Shown one piece after another: positions 26,195 to 36,158 of a stretch of DNA of 64,000 nucleotides; the first letter of the stretch is position 1; every line of letters starts with the position of its first letter. The notes beneath the pieces are model-generated. The model was given only the letters and a program-made list of their open reading frames with translations, did no database searches and was not told the origin of the DNA. The stretch comes from Patescibacteria group bacterium. Its GTDB lineage: Bacteria > Patescibacteriota > Minisyncoccia > Minisyncoccales > GWA2-38-27. The position numbers and the translations under genes were made by a program. The DNA lies in NCBI GenBank assembly GCA_020148045.1, contig JAHCRG010000017.1:21229-85228 (forward strand). Reading direction: 5' to 3'.

Positions 26195-28279
26195 CTATTT
26201 ATTAGCATATCCTGCCGATATCCAACCTATTTTGCCATCTTCAAACTCTATTTTGTACCACCCTTCAAGCTCTTCCAATAATGGATAACTTTCACCAGAA
26301 TAAGCCGCACCTATTATAGGATAGTTGGTTCCCGGTCCTTCCCTTACCTTTAACAAGGTCTTAAGTGTTTCTTTAACAGTGACCATTGGTATCTCTTCCG
26401 GGGGTTTCTCTTCTTCTTCCTCCTCCTCCTCTTCCTCCTCCTCCTCTTCTTCTTCTTCTGGAATTTCTGTTGACTCTTCCGGCGTTTCAACTGACGAAGC
26501 AGGCGGTTGTCTTCTTATTCTGAAAAACCAATACCAAAAAGTGCCGATACCCGCCAAAAATACTAAAATTACAGTAACAATTAAAATTCTAACCCAAAGT
26601 TTCCCTCCAAAAGTAGGTTTCTTAGGGACAACTCTAATAACTTCCGAGGGTTTCGGAGAAGGAGGGGGTTTTGGAGGTCCTTTTTTCTTCTCCCGAAGCC
26701 GCTCTAATAATTCTCTTCTTCTTTTTTCTTCTTTTGCTAAAGCTTCTTTTCTTTCTCGTTCTTGACTCGCCCTCCTTCCAGCTTCCTCTCTTCCCCTCTG
26801 CTCCTCTTCTTTTTTTCTCCGCTCCTCTGATTCTTTTTGCAGTGCTTCAATCCTTTTCTTGGCTTCTTCAATTCTTCTTTTTTCCAGCTCCCCGGCCTTA
26901 GTTGGAACTACGGTAGGAGCAGGGGAGGGTTTTTTTACCTCTGGCTCTTTCTTGCCCGCCGTAGCTTTAGCGGGGGCGGGCCTCCCTTCTATCTTTTGAT
27001 CTATTTTTTTAATTCTTTCAATTATATTATTTCTTTTTTCTGAAAGAGTTTGAAATCTTCTTTCAAATCTTCTCATCTGAACTTCTACTCCCTGCTTCTT
27101 TTCTTCCAAATTCCACCTTTCTGTTTCAATTTTTCTCCTCTTTTCTTCCACCTCCCATCTTTCTTTTTCTAATTCTTTTCTTTTCCCTAATTTCTTGACC
27201 CTTTTTTCTTCTTCCTCAACTAATTTTTTCTCTTCCTCAATCTCTTTTTCTTTGGTTAAGACACTCTCTAAAATTTTTCCAATTCTATTTAGTTCTCCAG
27301 AAAAGTTAATTTTCTTTGCTTCAAAAGATTTTTTAACTTCCTCTATTCCTTTAAGTTCTGTCTTTAATTCAATCCTCTCTAATTCTAATTGAATGTTTTC
27401 TTTTTTCTCAGAAATTTCTTTTTGTTTTTTAGTTAATTCTTCTCCCTTAATTTCTATTTTTCTGCCTTCGGACTCAATTTCTTTGAGTTGACTATCCAGT
27501 TGCTTTAATTTCTCCTCCCAGGGCCATCTTTTCTTTTCCAATTCCCGACGTTTTTCTTCTATTTTCCATCTCTCTTTTTCTATCTGCTTTTTTTCTTCAG
27601 CTGTTTTCGCTGCTTCCTCTTTTTCTTCAATTAATCTCTGGGTTTCTTCAATTCTCCTTTCCTTGGCTGAAACAAGCTGAAAGTTTTTTTCAACCCCCCT
27701 TAGTTCTTCTAAAATTGTTGTCTTTCGTAATTCTAAGGGTCTTTTCTCGACAACGAATTTCTCAAAGCTTTCTTTTATTTTAATTTCTTCTTCTTCTATT
27801 TTTCTCTTCTCTTGCAAAAGTGCCATTTTTCTCATTTTAGGCTCTTCTCTCCTTTTTCTTTCCTCTTCCTTGGCCGTCACAGCTTCAGCGGCGGCTTTTC
27901 TTCTTTGTTCCTCTTCTGCAACCCTTCTTTCCTTAATCTCCCCTCTCTTTTCTTCCTCCGCTCTTTTTCTCTTTTCTTCTTTTGCCCTTACTCTTTCTGC
28001 TTCCTCGGCCGTCACAGCTTCAGCGGCGGCGGCTCTTCTTCTTTTTTCTTCCTCTTCTTCTTTTCTTAACTTCTCTTCTTCTGCTCTTTTTCTTTCTTCT
28101 TCTGCTCTTTTTCTTTTCTTCCCCTCTCCTTTTTTTCTTCGTTCCTCTTCCATCCTCAATTCAGCCGCTCTTTTTTGAGGGACTCCTCTTTTAGCTGCTT
28201 TCTGTTGAAGACGGACAATGTCCTTTTTCATTGTCCTAATATCCTCTTTTTTGATGGATATATCTATATCTCTGGGCAT
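26195..28279 (-). CDS. Long charged coiled-coil membrane protein with C-terminal bacterial SH3 domain
   Basis: E/K/R-rich coiled coil, Pro-rich linker, single TM, poly-Glu, LKVREGPGTNYPII...WYKI...GWIS (SH3b). Confidence 0.85.
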   Translation of the reverse strand: MPRDIDISIKKEDIRTMKKDIVRLQQKAAKRGVPQKRAAELRMEEERRKKGEGKKRKRAEEERKRAEEEKLRKEEEEEKRRRAAAAEAVTAEEAERVRAKEEKRKRAEEEKRGEIKERRVAEEEQRRKAAAEAVTAKEEERKRREEPKMRKMALLQEKRKIEEEEIKIKESFEKFVVEKRPLELRKTTILEELRGVEKNFQLVSAKERRIEETQRLIEEKEEAAKTAEEKKQIEKERWKIEEKRRELEKKRWPWEEKLKQLDSQLKEIESEGRKIEIKGEELTKKQKEISEKKENIQLELERIELKTELKGIEEVKKSFEAKKINFSGELNRIGKILESVLTKEKEIEEEKKLVEEEEKRVKKLGKRKELEKERWEVEEKRRKIETERWNLEEKKQGVEVQMRRFERRFQTLSEKRNNIIERIKKIDQKIEGRPAPAKATAGKKEPEVKKPSPAPTVVPTKAGELEKRRIEEAKKRIEALQKESEERRKKEEEQRGREEAGRRASQERERKEALAKEEKRRRELLERLREKKKGPPKPPPSPKPSEVIRVVPKKPTFGGKLWVRILIVTVILVFLAGIGTFWYWFFRIRRQPPASSVETPEESTEIPEEEEEEEEEEEEEEEEEKPPEEIPMVTVKETLKTLLKVREGPGTNYPIIGAAYSGESYPLLEELEGWYKIEFEDGKIGWISAGYANK
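26951..26980 (-). repeat. 30-bp palindromic element, copy 2 (in frame inside coiled-coil/SH3 gene)
   Basis: cttgcccgccgtagctttagcgggggcggg; encodes PAPAKATAGK. Confidence 0.85.
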
Positions 28280-28286
28280 AAATATG

Positions 28287-30386
28287 TTATTTCTTTAGCA
28301 AAGATAAATTAATCCTACCTTGTTCATCAATTGAAATCACTTTTACTGAAACCGCGTCCCCTATTTTTACCACATCCCCAACTTTTCTTACTCTTTTATC
28401 AGATAATTTAGATATATGAATCAATCCCTCTTGACCTGGTAAAATTTCAACAAAAGCCCCAAACTCTAAAATCCTTTTTACTCTCCCCTGAAAAACTTCT
28501 CCAACTTTAACTTCTCTGGTAATGTTCTTTATCCAGGCAATTGCTTTTTTAGCTGCCTCTTCTTTCTCCGAAGTAACAAAGATAAGACCGGAATCTTGGA
28601 TGTCTATTGCTGCTCCGGTTTCTTCAGTAATCTCCTTAATCACTTTTCCTCCGGGACCTATTACCTCTCTGATTTTTTCTGGATTAATTTGGATAGTTAA
28701 AATTCTGGGAGCGTAAGGTGAAAGCTGGGCTCGAGGTTTTGATATAATTTTATTCATTGAGTCTAAAATCTCTAATCTTGCTTTCTTGGCCCTATTAAGA
28801 ACTTCTGTCATAATTTTCTTGCTTATTCCTTCAATTTTCACGTCCATTTGAAGAACGGTTATTCCTTTTTTAGTTCCGGCTACCTTAAAATCCATATCTC
28901 CGTAATGGTCTTCTGGGCCCTGAATATCTGTTAAAACCTTATAACTACCTGTTTTTTTATCTTGAGCCAACCCAATAGCAATCCCGGCTGCTGGACTTTT
29001 TATCGGCACCCCGGCATCCATTAAAGCCAAAGAAGAGCTGGAAACTGAAGCCATTGAAGTTGAACCGTTTGAAGAAAGGATCTCTGAAACCACTCTCATT
29101 GTATAAGGGAATTCATCGAAATCGGGAATTAAAGACAAAAGAGCTTTTTCTGCTAACATTCCATGACCAATCTCTCTTCTCCCCGGCCCTCTTAACGGCT
29201 TGACCTCTCCAGCTGAATAGGGGGGAAAATTATAATGGTGCATAAATCTTTTTTTCCCAACAATTTCCATCCCTTCTAATAATTGCTGGTCCCCAGGCGC
29301 TCCTAAAGTTAAAATAGACAAAGCTTTAGTTTGCCCCCGACAAAATAGACCGGAACCATGGGTTCTCGGCAAAAGCCCAACTTCACAATCAATTTTTCTA
29401 ATTTCATCTAATTTTCTATTATCAGGCCTCTTGTTATATTTTATTATATTTTCGTGAAGTAATCTATCTATTCCCTTTTCAAAAAAATCTTGAGCATATT
29501 TTGTTTTTCCCTCTTCAGAATATTTCTCCTCAACAAAACAGCTAAGCTCTTCTTTTAATTCATCTATCTTATCTGTTCTTTGGCTTTTGTCCTCTTGGTA
29601 GAGAGCTTCTTCTAGTTTTTTGTCCAAGAATTCTTTAATTTCTTTTTCTAAAACATCATCAACCGGAAATGTTTCTAAAAGTAATTTTTCTTTCCCAACT
29701 TTCTCTATGATTTCTTTTTGAAAAGCAATGACTTTTTTTAAATGTTTTTCTGAAAAATCCAAGGCCTCCAAAATCACTTTTTCATCAACCTCTTCGCAAT
29801 TCCCTTCAACCATATTAATTAAAACTTCTCCACCTTCTAACATTCCGGCAAAGATAACATCCATTTGGCAACCTTCTCTTTCTTCATAAGTTGGGTTTAA
29901 AATAAACTTGCCGTCTTTTTGACAAACCCTAACCACCCCTATCGGTCCTTGCCAGGGAATGTCAGAAATAGATAAAGATAGAGAAGCAGCTATCAGCCCT
30001 AAAATATCAGGGTCATTTTGACCATCCCAGGAAAGCACAGTAGTTATTACCTGAATTTCTCTGGCTAAATTTTCAGGAAATCTTGGCCGAATAGCTCGGT
30101 CAATCAACCTGGCGTTACAAATCGCCTCATCAGAAGGCCGACTTTCTCTTTTAATATAGCGAGGGCCTTTAATTTTTCCAGCAGCATAATATTTTTCTTG
30201 ATATTCAACAGTTAAAGGAAAAAAACCGATATCTTCTCGGTCTTTTTTACTCATTACACAAGTAGTCAAAAGCAAAGTATCACCATAACTAACTAAAACA
30301 CTACCATTTGCTTGTTCGGCTAAATTCCTAATCTCAACTTTAAGATTTTTTTCTCCTAATTTTAGACTAAATTTTTGACTGTTCAT
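28287..30386 (-). CDS. pnp: Polyribonucleotide nucleotidyltransferase
   Basis: FFPLTVEYQEK, HGSGLF.RGQT, HHYNFPPYS, SNGSTSMAS, GDMDFKVAGT, KH and S1 domains. Confidence 0.98.
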   Translation of the reverse strand: MNSQKFSLKLGEKNLKVEIRNLAEQANGSVLVSYGDTLLLTTCVMSKKDREDIGFFPLTVEYQEKYYAAGKIKGPRYIKRESRPSDEAICNARLIDRAIRPRFPENLAREIQVITTVLSWDGQNDPDILGLIAASLSLSISDIPWQGPIGVVRVCQKDGKFILNPTYEEREGCQMDVIFAGMLEGGEVLINMVEGNCEEVDEKVILEALDFSEKHLKKVIAFQKEIIEKVGKEKLLLETFPVDDVLEKEIKEFLDKKLEEALYQEDKSQRTDKIDELKEELSCFVEEKYSEEGKTKYAQDFFEKGIDRLLHENIIKYNKRPDNRKLDEIRKIDCEVGLLPRTHGSGLFCRGQTKALSILTLGAPGDQQLLEGMEIVGKKRFMHHYNFPPYSAGEVKPLRGPGRREIGHGMLAEKALLSLIPDFDEFPYTMRVVSEILSSNGSTSMASVSSSSLALMDAGVPIKSPAAGIAIGLAQDKKTGSYKVLTDIQGPEDHYGDMDFKVAGTKKGITVLQMDVKIEGISKKIMTEVLNRAKKARLEILDSMNKIISKPRAQLSPYAPRILTIQINPEKIREVIGPGGKVIKEITEETGAAIDIQDSGLIFVTSEKEEAAKKAIAWIKNITREVKVGEVFQGRVKRILEFGAFVEILPGQEGLIHISKLSDKRVRKVGDVVKIGDAVSVKVISIDEQGRINLSLLKK

Positions 30387-30886
30387 TTCTTCAGTAAATA
30401 TTTCTTTGGGAACATTTCTAAATCAACAAATTCATCAGCTATTTCTTTTAAACGGCCGGAGGATGACCTTCCAAAAGCAATGACTTCCACTCTTTTCCCC
30501 TGGTTCTTTAAGTATTCAACCAAAGAAATAAAATCGCCATCACCAGAAGCAAGAACCAAAGTATCAACACTCGGAGCTATTTTTATCGCATCAATAACTA
30601 TTCCTACGTCCCAATCAGCTTTCTTCTGTCCTCCGTAAAATTCTTGAAGATCTCTAACTCTTGTTTCAATCCCGAGTTTAGTCAGAGCTTCAAAAAAAGC
30701 TTTTTCCTCTCCAGTTTTTGTCCTTACCACATAGGCGAAAGCTCGAATTAAATTCCTTTCACTAACCGCTAATTTTAAAATCTCCCGAAAATTAACCCGG
30801 GCATTGTATAAATTCTTGGCAGAGTGATACAAGTTTTGGACATCAATTAACACTCCGACTCTTTGTCCTATATGTTTTACAACCAT
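30383..30886 (-). CDS. NYN domain (LabA/DUF88) protein
   Basis: IDVQNLY, KADWDVGIVID, SGDGDF, L...ADEFVDL. Confidence 0.92.
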   Translation of the reverse strand: MVVKHIGQRVGVLIDVQNLYHSAKNLYNARVNFREILKLAVSERNLIRAFAYVVRTKTGEEKAFFEALTKLGIETRVRDLQEFYGGQKKADWDVGIVIDAIKIAPSVDTLVLASGDGDFISLVEYLKNQGKRVEVIAFGRSSSGRLKEIADEFVDLEMFPKKYLLKK

Positions 30887-30887
30887 A

Positions 30888-31154
30888 TTATTTCTTCAAC
30901 CCTATTGCTTTTACAATTTTATTGTAGCTTCTTTCGTTTTCTTTTTTTAGATATTTCAAAAGTTTTCTTCTCTTAGAAACCATTTTCAAAAGCCCTCTTT
31001 TGGAATGAAAATCTTTTGAATGTTTTTTTAAATGCGAAAGCAATCTCTTAATTTCTTCGGTAAGCAAAGTAATCTGAACCTCAGCAGACCCAGTATCTGC
31101 CTTATGTAGTTTATACTTCTCAATAATTTTTGTTTTTTCTTCCGGTGTTAACAT
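30888..31154 (-). CDS. rpsO: 30S ribosomal protein S15
   Basis: DTGSAEVQI, KDFHSKRGLLKMV; true start MLTPEEK at 31154 because the longer ORF overlaps a tRNA; rpsO-pnp synteny. Confidence 0.97.
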   Translation of the reverse strand: MLTPEEKTKIIEKYKLHKADTGSAEVQITLLTEEIKRLLSHLKKHSKDFHSKRGLLKMVSKRRKLLKYLKKENERSYNKIVKAIGLKK

Positions 31155-31159
31155 ATCTG

Positions 31160-31232
31160 TGCCCCCACCAGGACTCGAACCTGGACTCATATCCTTAAGA
31201 GGGATCTGCTTTTCCAATTAAGCTATGGGGGC
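31160..31232 (-). tRNA. tRNA-Lys(CTT)
   Basis: Acceptor GCCCCCA/TGGGGGC, anticodon loop CT CTT AA, T-arm CCAGG-TTCGAGT-CCTGG. Confidence 0.92.
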
Positions 31233-31235
31233 AAA

Positions 31236-31658
31236 TTATGGACAGGGGAATATCCACCAGCCTTGGCCTGGGCCTTGCCAAACTGTTGTCCCAATTATTG
31301 TTAGAAATGTATTCACAATTACCCAAGCCCCATAAATTATTACAAGACCAATAACAACTGCTGTAAATAAGCTTTTTGCTTTGGAAAGCATCTCTGGTTT
31401 CCCTTGACTTATAATATACATTACACCGCCAATGGCTATCATTAAAGCGGCCGTAATCGGAACAAATATAATTAAAAGACTATCAACCCATCTATCAAAC
31501 ATTACAAATAAATGACAAAGTTCGCAAGGAACAGTTTGGTCTCCGGGTTGATCAGGATCATCTACAGAGAGACCGCAAGGGACAAGCCCACTATAAACTG
31601 GGGTAACAAATGAAAAAAGGAATATTATAAAAAAAGCTACCAAAAATATTTTTTTCAT
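31236..31658 (-). CDS. CPR-type VirB2/TrbC-like pilin
   Basis: Signal peptide, GLVPCG...PCELCHL, GG..YI.S.G.PE....AK......VIGL.I...AW.IVN. Confidence 0.8.
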   Translation of the reverse strand: MKKIFLVAFFIIFLFSFVTPVYSGLVPCGLSVDDPDQPGDQTVPCELCHLFVMFDRWVDSLLIIFVPITAALMIAIGGVMYIISQGKPEMLSKAKSLFTAVVIGLVIIYGAWVIVNTFLTIIGTTVWQGPGQGWWIFPCP

Positions 31659-31765
31659 ATTGTTTAGTACTAGTATAATCTATTTTTAAAAAAAAGAAAA
31701 GAGCAAAACAAAACTAAGCTTAGCTTAGTTTTAGTAGTTTTAGCTTAAATATTGTATTGTTTTAT

Positions 31766-32857
31766 CTAGCGAAAAGGGTTTCTGGCGCCCCGAACACCGA
31801 AATGAACATGACAGCCTGTGGAGCGTCCAGCTCCTGGAGTTCCTGGCTTGCCTCCCATCAAAGCAATCATCTGACCTTGGAAGACTGTCTGCCCTGGAGC
31901 AACCAAGCTCTTCTGAACATGACCATACATTGTTACTACTCCATTGGGATGCAAAATTGTTAAATAATTTCCAGCTCCATAGTTCCAACCATATTTTACT
32001 CTTTGCACCATCCCTGCAGCAGCGGCATATACTGGGTCACCGCACTTACCTCCAAAGTCAATGGCATTATACCAGTGAAGCCCTTGGGTAATATGGCGAG
32101 CCGAATGAGGACAAATAAAGTAACTTGAACCAAGAGGAACCTGTGGTGCTGCATAATAACTCTTCTTTGGAGGAGGAGGTATCGTTCCATTAGGAATAAT
32201 TAAAATATCACCAATATAGATATCTCCTTCGTTTGAAAGTTCATTAAAATCAACAATCTCCCCGACTTCCCCTTTATAAATTTCAGCAATTTCACTCAAG
32301 GTATCTCCTTTTTTCACATGATAGATAACTCCTGGAATCGGCAGGATAATAAGTTTCTGGCCCGGCTTAATTATTGATTTTGAGCTTAAATCATTAGCCC
32401 ATAAAATCGTGTCAAGAGAAATATCAAATTTAGCTGCAATAGAAGAAAGAGTATCGCCTGATTCTACAATATATTCAATAATTTCTTTTCTTCCTTCTAT
32501 CTCGCTCTCAATACCTCCCAACACACTTCCCAAAACCTGAGGAGTAATTGTTATTGGCGGCGAAACTCCAACTACACTATTTTTTTGGATAAAACTCATC
32601 TCAGGAGACTCCCTTAGGAAGTTTTTCGCAGGTTCTACAAATAAATCTTGGGGAGGAAGTTTGGTTTTTATGGTTGCAGTTAAAAAAGAAAAATCCCGAA
32701 GAGAAAGGGATCTTAAAGTTGGCTCAAAAACTAAAATTCCAAATAAAAAAATAGTCAAAATCGCTACTACCCCAAAGAAAAGTTCTTCTTTAAAGGATTT
32801 TTGAAATCTTTGACCTATTTTATTTTTGACTAATTGAAACAGGTGGAATTTAGACAT
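31766..32857 (-). CDS. LysM x2 + M23 peptidase domain protein
   Basis: YIVESGDTLSSIA, YHVKKGDTLSEIA, H.YNAID, TMYGH, STGCHVHF. Confidence 0.92.
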   Translation of the reverse strand: MSKFHLFQLVKNKIGQRFQKSFKEELFFGVVAILTIFLFGILVFEPTLRSLSLRDFSFLTATIKTKLPPQDLFVEPAKNFLRESPEMSFIQKNSVVGVSPPITITPQVLGSVLGGIESEIEGRKEIIEYIVESGDTLSSIAAKFDISLDTILWANDLSSKSIIKPGQKLIILPIPGVIYHVKKGDTLSEIAEIYKGEVGEIVDFNELSNEGDIYIGDILIIPNGTIPPPPKKSYYAAPQVPLGSSYFICPHSARHITQGLHWYNAIDFGGKCGDPVYAAAAGMVQRVKYGWNYGAGNYLTILHPNGVVTMYGHVQKSLVAPGQTVFQGQMIALMGGKPGTPGAGRSTGCHVHFGVRGARNPFR

Positions 32858-32930
32858 CTATTTTACTATTTTAGCTTATTGGAAGCGGAGGTCAAGCGAT
32901 TTTTCCACACCCTTGTGGTAAAATGAATTA

Positions 32931-33773
32931 ATGGATTTAATCTCAAAAAAGAATATCAAGGCTCTGCTCAAAAAATATCAAACCAGTCGCTCCGCGATTA
33001 AGAAAATCTATCCTTCAAAAAGATTAGGTCAGAATTTTCTAATTGACAAAAATGTTGTTAAAAAGGTTATTAAAGCAGCTGAGCTTCATTCAAAAGATAT
33101 TGTTTTGGAAGTCGGCCCTGGAATTGGGGCTTTAACCCAAGAAATAGCTAAAAAAACAGACAAGGTAATTGCAGTAGAAAAAGACCCAAAGATGGTAGAA
33201 ATTTTAAAAGAAACCTTGAAAGATTTTAAGAATATTGAAATCATTAACAAAGACATACTAAAATTCAATAACTACTCACTACTCACTACAAACTACAAAC
33301 TAATCGCTAATCTTCCTTTTTATATCACTGCACCTGTTATCAGGAAATTTCTAGAAAGTAAAAACACGCCAAAAGAAATGATTTTAATAGTTCAAAAGGA
33401 AGTTGCTCAAAGAATATGCTCTAAACCTCCCAAGATGAACATTTTAGCTGTTTCTGTCCAGTTTTATGCTAAACCCAAAATTATTTCCTACATCTCAAAA
33501 AAATCCTTCTGGCCCAGTCCAAAAGTAGATTCGGCAATTATCAAAATAGTTCCCCAGAAAAAATATAAAGATGTTGATATTGATTTGTTTTTCAAAATCG
33601 TCAAGGCTGGCTTTGCTCATCCTAGAAAACAACTTGCCAACAACCTGACTAATGGGTTAGAATTAAACAAACAAGAAGTTAACGATTTGCTTTTGAAAAA
33701 CGATGTCCAGCCAACTCAAAGGGCTGAAACTTTGACTATTAATAATTGGATTCAATTAACAAAAATGTTATAA
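32931..33773 (+). CDS. rsmA: 16S rRNA dimethyladenosine transferase RsmA/KsgA
   Basis: LGQNFL, LEVGPGIG, ANLPF, VQKEVA.R, F.PSPKVDSA, RAETL. Confidence 0.96.
   Translation: MDLISKKNIKALLKKYQTSRSAIKKIYPSKRLGQNFLIDKNVVKKVIKAAELHSKDIVLEVGPGIGALTQEIAKKTDKVIAVEKDPKMVEILKETLKDFKNIEIINKDILKFNNYSLLTTNYKLIANLPFYITAPVIRKFLESKNTPKEMILIVQKEVAQRICSKPPKMNILAVSVQFYAKPKIISYISKKSFWPSPKVDSAIIKIVPQKKYKDVDIDLFFKIVKAGFAHPRKQLANNLTNGLELNKQEVNDLLLKNDVQPTQRAETLTINNWIQLTKML
33271..33303 (+). repeat. Heptamer tandem array inside rsmA
   Basis: ACTACTC ACTACTC ACTACAA ACTACAA ACTAA, encoding NYSLLTTNYKL. Confidence 0.75.
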
Positions 33774-33866
33774 TATTTTAATGCTGTGGAAAATTAAAAA
33801 CTTTTTATTTAATCTATGTAAAAAGAAAACAATTCTCTTTGTTTTCTTTTTTGCTTCTCTAGAGAT

Positions 33867-36098
33867 ATGGCTTGGTTAGCAGACGCCTTTATCGGCGTTA
33901 TCACAGTTTTACCCGGACTAATGGTTATGGTGTTTGTCTTTGTTTTTGCAGGCGTATCTTCTCTTTTCGCCAGGCTATGTGGAGCACTTTTAAAATGGGT
34001 AACTAGTCCTCTTTTTATCAAAATGCCGTATACAAAACCAGGCTCTATTCCAGACGGAAATCCAATAATTGAAGCCGGTTTAAGTATCACCCAGGGATTT
34101 GTAAATATGCTCTTGGTTTTAATCTTGGTCTATATTGCTATTGCCACCATTTTACGATTAGCCGGCTATGAGACAAGAAGGCTTTTAGTTACTTTTATTC
34201 TTGTTGCTCTTTTAGTAAATTTTGCTCCAGTTGTATGTGGTTTAGTTGTTGATGCTTCCAATATTATAATGAATTTTTTCCTTGGAGAAGTTTCTGGAGG
34301 CAGACACCTTATAGCTAATCTTAATAATTTATGGGAAATTATTAAAGAAGAGCTTGTTGGTTTAAAAGCATTTTCTACAGCTTTTATTTTTACTGAACGG
34401 CTTGAGGTAATTTTTAAAGTTGCTGCTATTGGCGTTATAAATTTGTACTTAGGTTTAATTTTGCTTCTTTTCGCTTGTATTTTTGTATTTAGATATATTG
34501 CTATTTGGATGTTAGTCATTCTTTCTCCTTTAGCTTTTGCCTGTTATATACTGCCGGTAACAAGAAAATATTGGACAATGTGGTGGAATCAACTTATCCA
34601 ATGGTCATTCATCGGAGTAACTTGTGCTTTTTTCCTTTATTTAGCAGATCTATTAGCTAATTTAGGAACCCAAATATATGGCTCTAGCGCTCCAATGATT
34701 GTAGGAGATAGAATTCTTCCTTATCTCGTGCCGATAGGCTTTCTTATGATGGCTTTAATATTCGGCCTCAAAACTTCAGCAATGGGAGCCTCAACGGTGA
34801 TGAGTCTATCAAAAAGAAGCGGAAAATGGGTAGGAAAAGCAACTTGGAAAGGATTAAGGCCTAATATAGATAGAGCTTTATATCGGGCAACGGAAAAAAT
34901 ACGTGGAAAAGGAAAAGGGATTACTACAAGAACTATAGGAGCCGGCATAGCCAAGCAGTGGGGGAAAGCACCGGTTGCTAGATGGTTCTTGCCTGAATCT
35001 TTAAGAAAATATGGACAATATAGACCAGCTCTTTTGGCTGCTGCTAAAGAAGCAGAAAGTTATGATTCAAGAACTCTTATGGATAGAGTTTATACATTGG
35101 CAGATAAAGAAGAACAGGCAGCTGGAGGCGCATATTCAGTGCTCGATAGAGTAGACGCTCAAGATGTATTTGATGCAGGCAAAAGAGCATTTGGAAAAGC
35201 ATTTAAAAGAAAGTATGGAAGAGACATGTCTGATGACGAACTTATACAAAATAAAAAATTCAGAGAAATAACGGGTAGATTTTTACACATAGCCCGACAA
35301 TCAGGAATGTTAGGGGGTGGGTTTACTAGAAAAGATCCACGCTTAGCTATAATAGCAGCTATGGAAGGAATAAAAGGATATGGGGATATCAAAGATACAG
35401 CGGGAAATCCTCTTAAAGGAGAAGACCTTATAAGAGCTGCTGTTAGAAAAGCAGTTGGTGAGGCAAGGCAACATATAGCTAAATGGGAGCCAGAAATTCT
35501 TAAGAATAAATATGTTATGGAAGCTATGTTAGGACAATTTGATAGAGATAGATGGTTACAGGTAAACCGCCAGGTTAAGAGAGGACAAGATTCCGCCCTT
35601 AATGGCATAGATTCTACATTTTCAGATTTTATAGAGAAAGATCCTGGGTTTAAAGATTTAAGCGCAGAGCAAATACAAGGAAAATTAAAAGACCTCACAC
35701 CAGGAGAGATAAAAGCGAAAGTGAAGTTGAAAATAGAAACAGAGTTAAAAGAAGAAGACCTCAAACCAAAAGAAAGAGAAAAAGAATTAAAAATAAGGTT
35801 AGAAAAAAGATTGCCTGAAGCGTTACAAGACCCCAGAAGCGCTGAATCTAAAGCTGCTTGGAAGAAATTCACAGAAGATATCAAAAAACTAAACTTAGGA
35901 CTTGAAGGATATGTTAAGGCATTAAAAGATAAACGAATACAGCAAACTGGATGGAGAGCAGGAGGATATATACCAAAAAGCGAAAGATGGCAAGGTAAAG
36001 TTGGCGTCCTTACACCTGGCAAAGCAATGATGGGCCCATCGCCTCCAGAAGAAGAAAGAAAAGAAGGATATACAGGAGGTATGGGCCCAACTCAATAA
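33867..36098 (+). CDS. VirB6/TrbL-like polytopic membrane protein with long soluble C-terminus
   Basis: ALLVNFA...GLVVDASN..MNFF and R...IW.LVILSPLAF...ILP....W..WW..L pattern seen in CPR VirB6-like proteins. Confidence 0.7.
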   Translation: MAWLADAFIGVITVLPGLMVMVFVFVFAGVSSLFARLCGALLKWVTSPLFIKMPYTKPGSIPDGNPIIEAGLSITQGFVNMLLVLILVYIAIATILRLAGYETRRLLVTFILVALLVNFAPVVCGLVVDASNIIMNFFLGEVSGGRHLIANLNNLWEIIKEELVGLKAFSTAFIFTERLEVIFKVAAIGVINLYLGLILLLFACIFVFRYIAIWMLVILSPLAFACYILPVTRKYWTMWWNQLIQWSFIGVTCAFFLYLADLLANLGTQIYGSSAPMIVGDRILPYLVPIGFLMMALIFGLKTSAMGASTVMSLSKRSGKWVGKATWKGLRPNIDRALYRATEKIRGKGKGITTRTIGAGIAKQWGKAPVARWFLPESLRKYGQYRPALLAAAKEAESYDSRTLMDRVYTLADKEEQAAGGAYSVLDRVDAQDVFDAGKRAFGKAFKRKYGRDMSDDELIQNKKFREITGRFLHIARQSGMLGGGFTRKDPRLAIIAAMEGIKGYGDIKDTAGNPLKGEDLIRAAVRKAVGEARQHIAKWEPEILKNKYVMEAMLGQFDRDRWLQVNRQVKRGQDSALNGIDSTFSDFIEKDPGFKDLSAEQIQGKLKDLTPGEIKAKVKLKIETELKEEDLKPKEREKELKIRLEKRLPEALQDPRSAESKAAWKKFTEDIKKLNLGLEGYVKALKDKRIQQTGWRAGGYIPKSERWQGKVGVLTPGKAMMGPSPPEEERKEGYTGGMGPTQ

Positions 36099-36130
36099 AA
36101 AAGGGAGCTAATAATATCGTTAGCTCCCTT
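36097..36130. terminator. Intrinsic terminator between convergent genes
   Basis: AAGGGAGCTAA...TTAGCTCCCTT with flanking A-tract. Confidence 0.8.
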
Positions 36131-36158
36131 CACTCGTAGAAGCTGTAACTATTTTGGT

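Noticed and set aside
31155..31217. N-terminal extension of S15 in the ORF track
   Set aside because: It is the tRNA-Lys sequence read as codons; S15 homology starts at MLTPEEK (31154)
35159..36022. 287-aa minus-strand ORF and the many other short antisense ORFs (e.g. 26325-26765, 21083-21481)
   Set aside because: Shadow frames of well-supported genes; Ser/Phe/Leu-rich composition expected from the antisense of Lys/Glu-rich coding DNA
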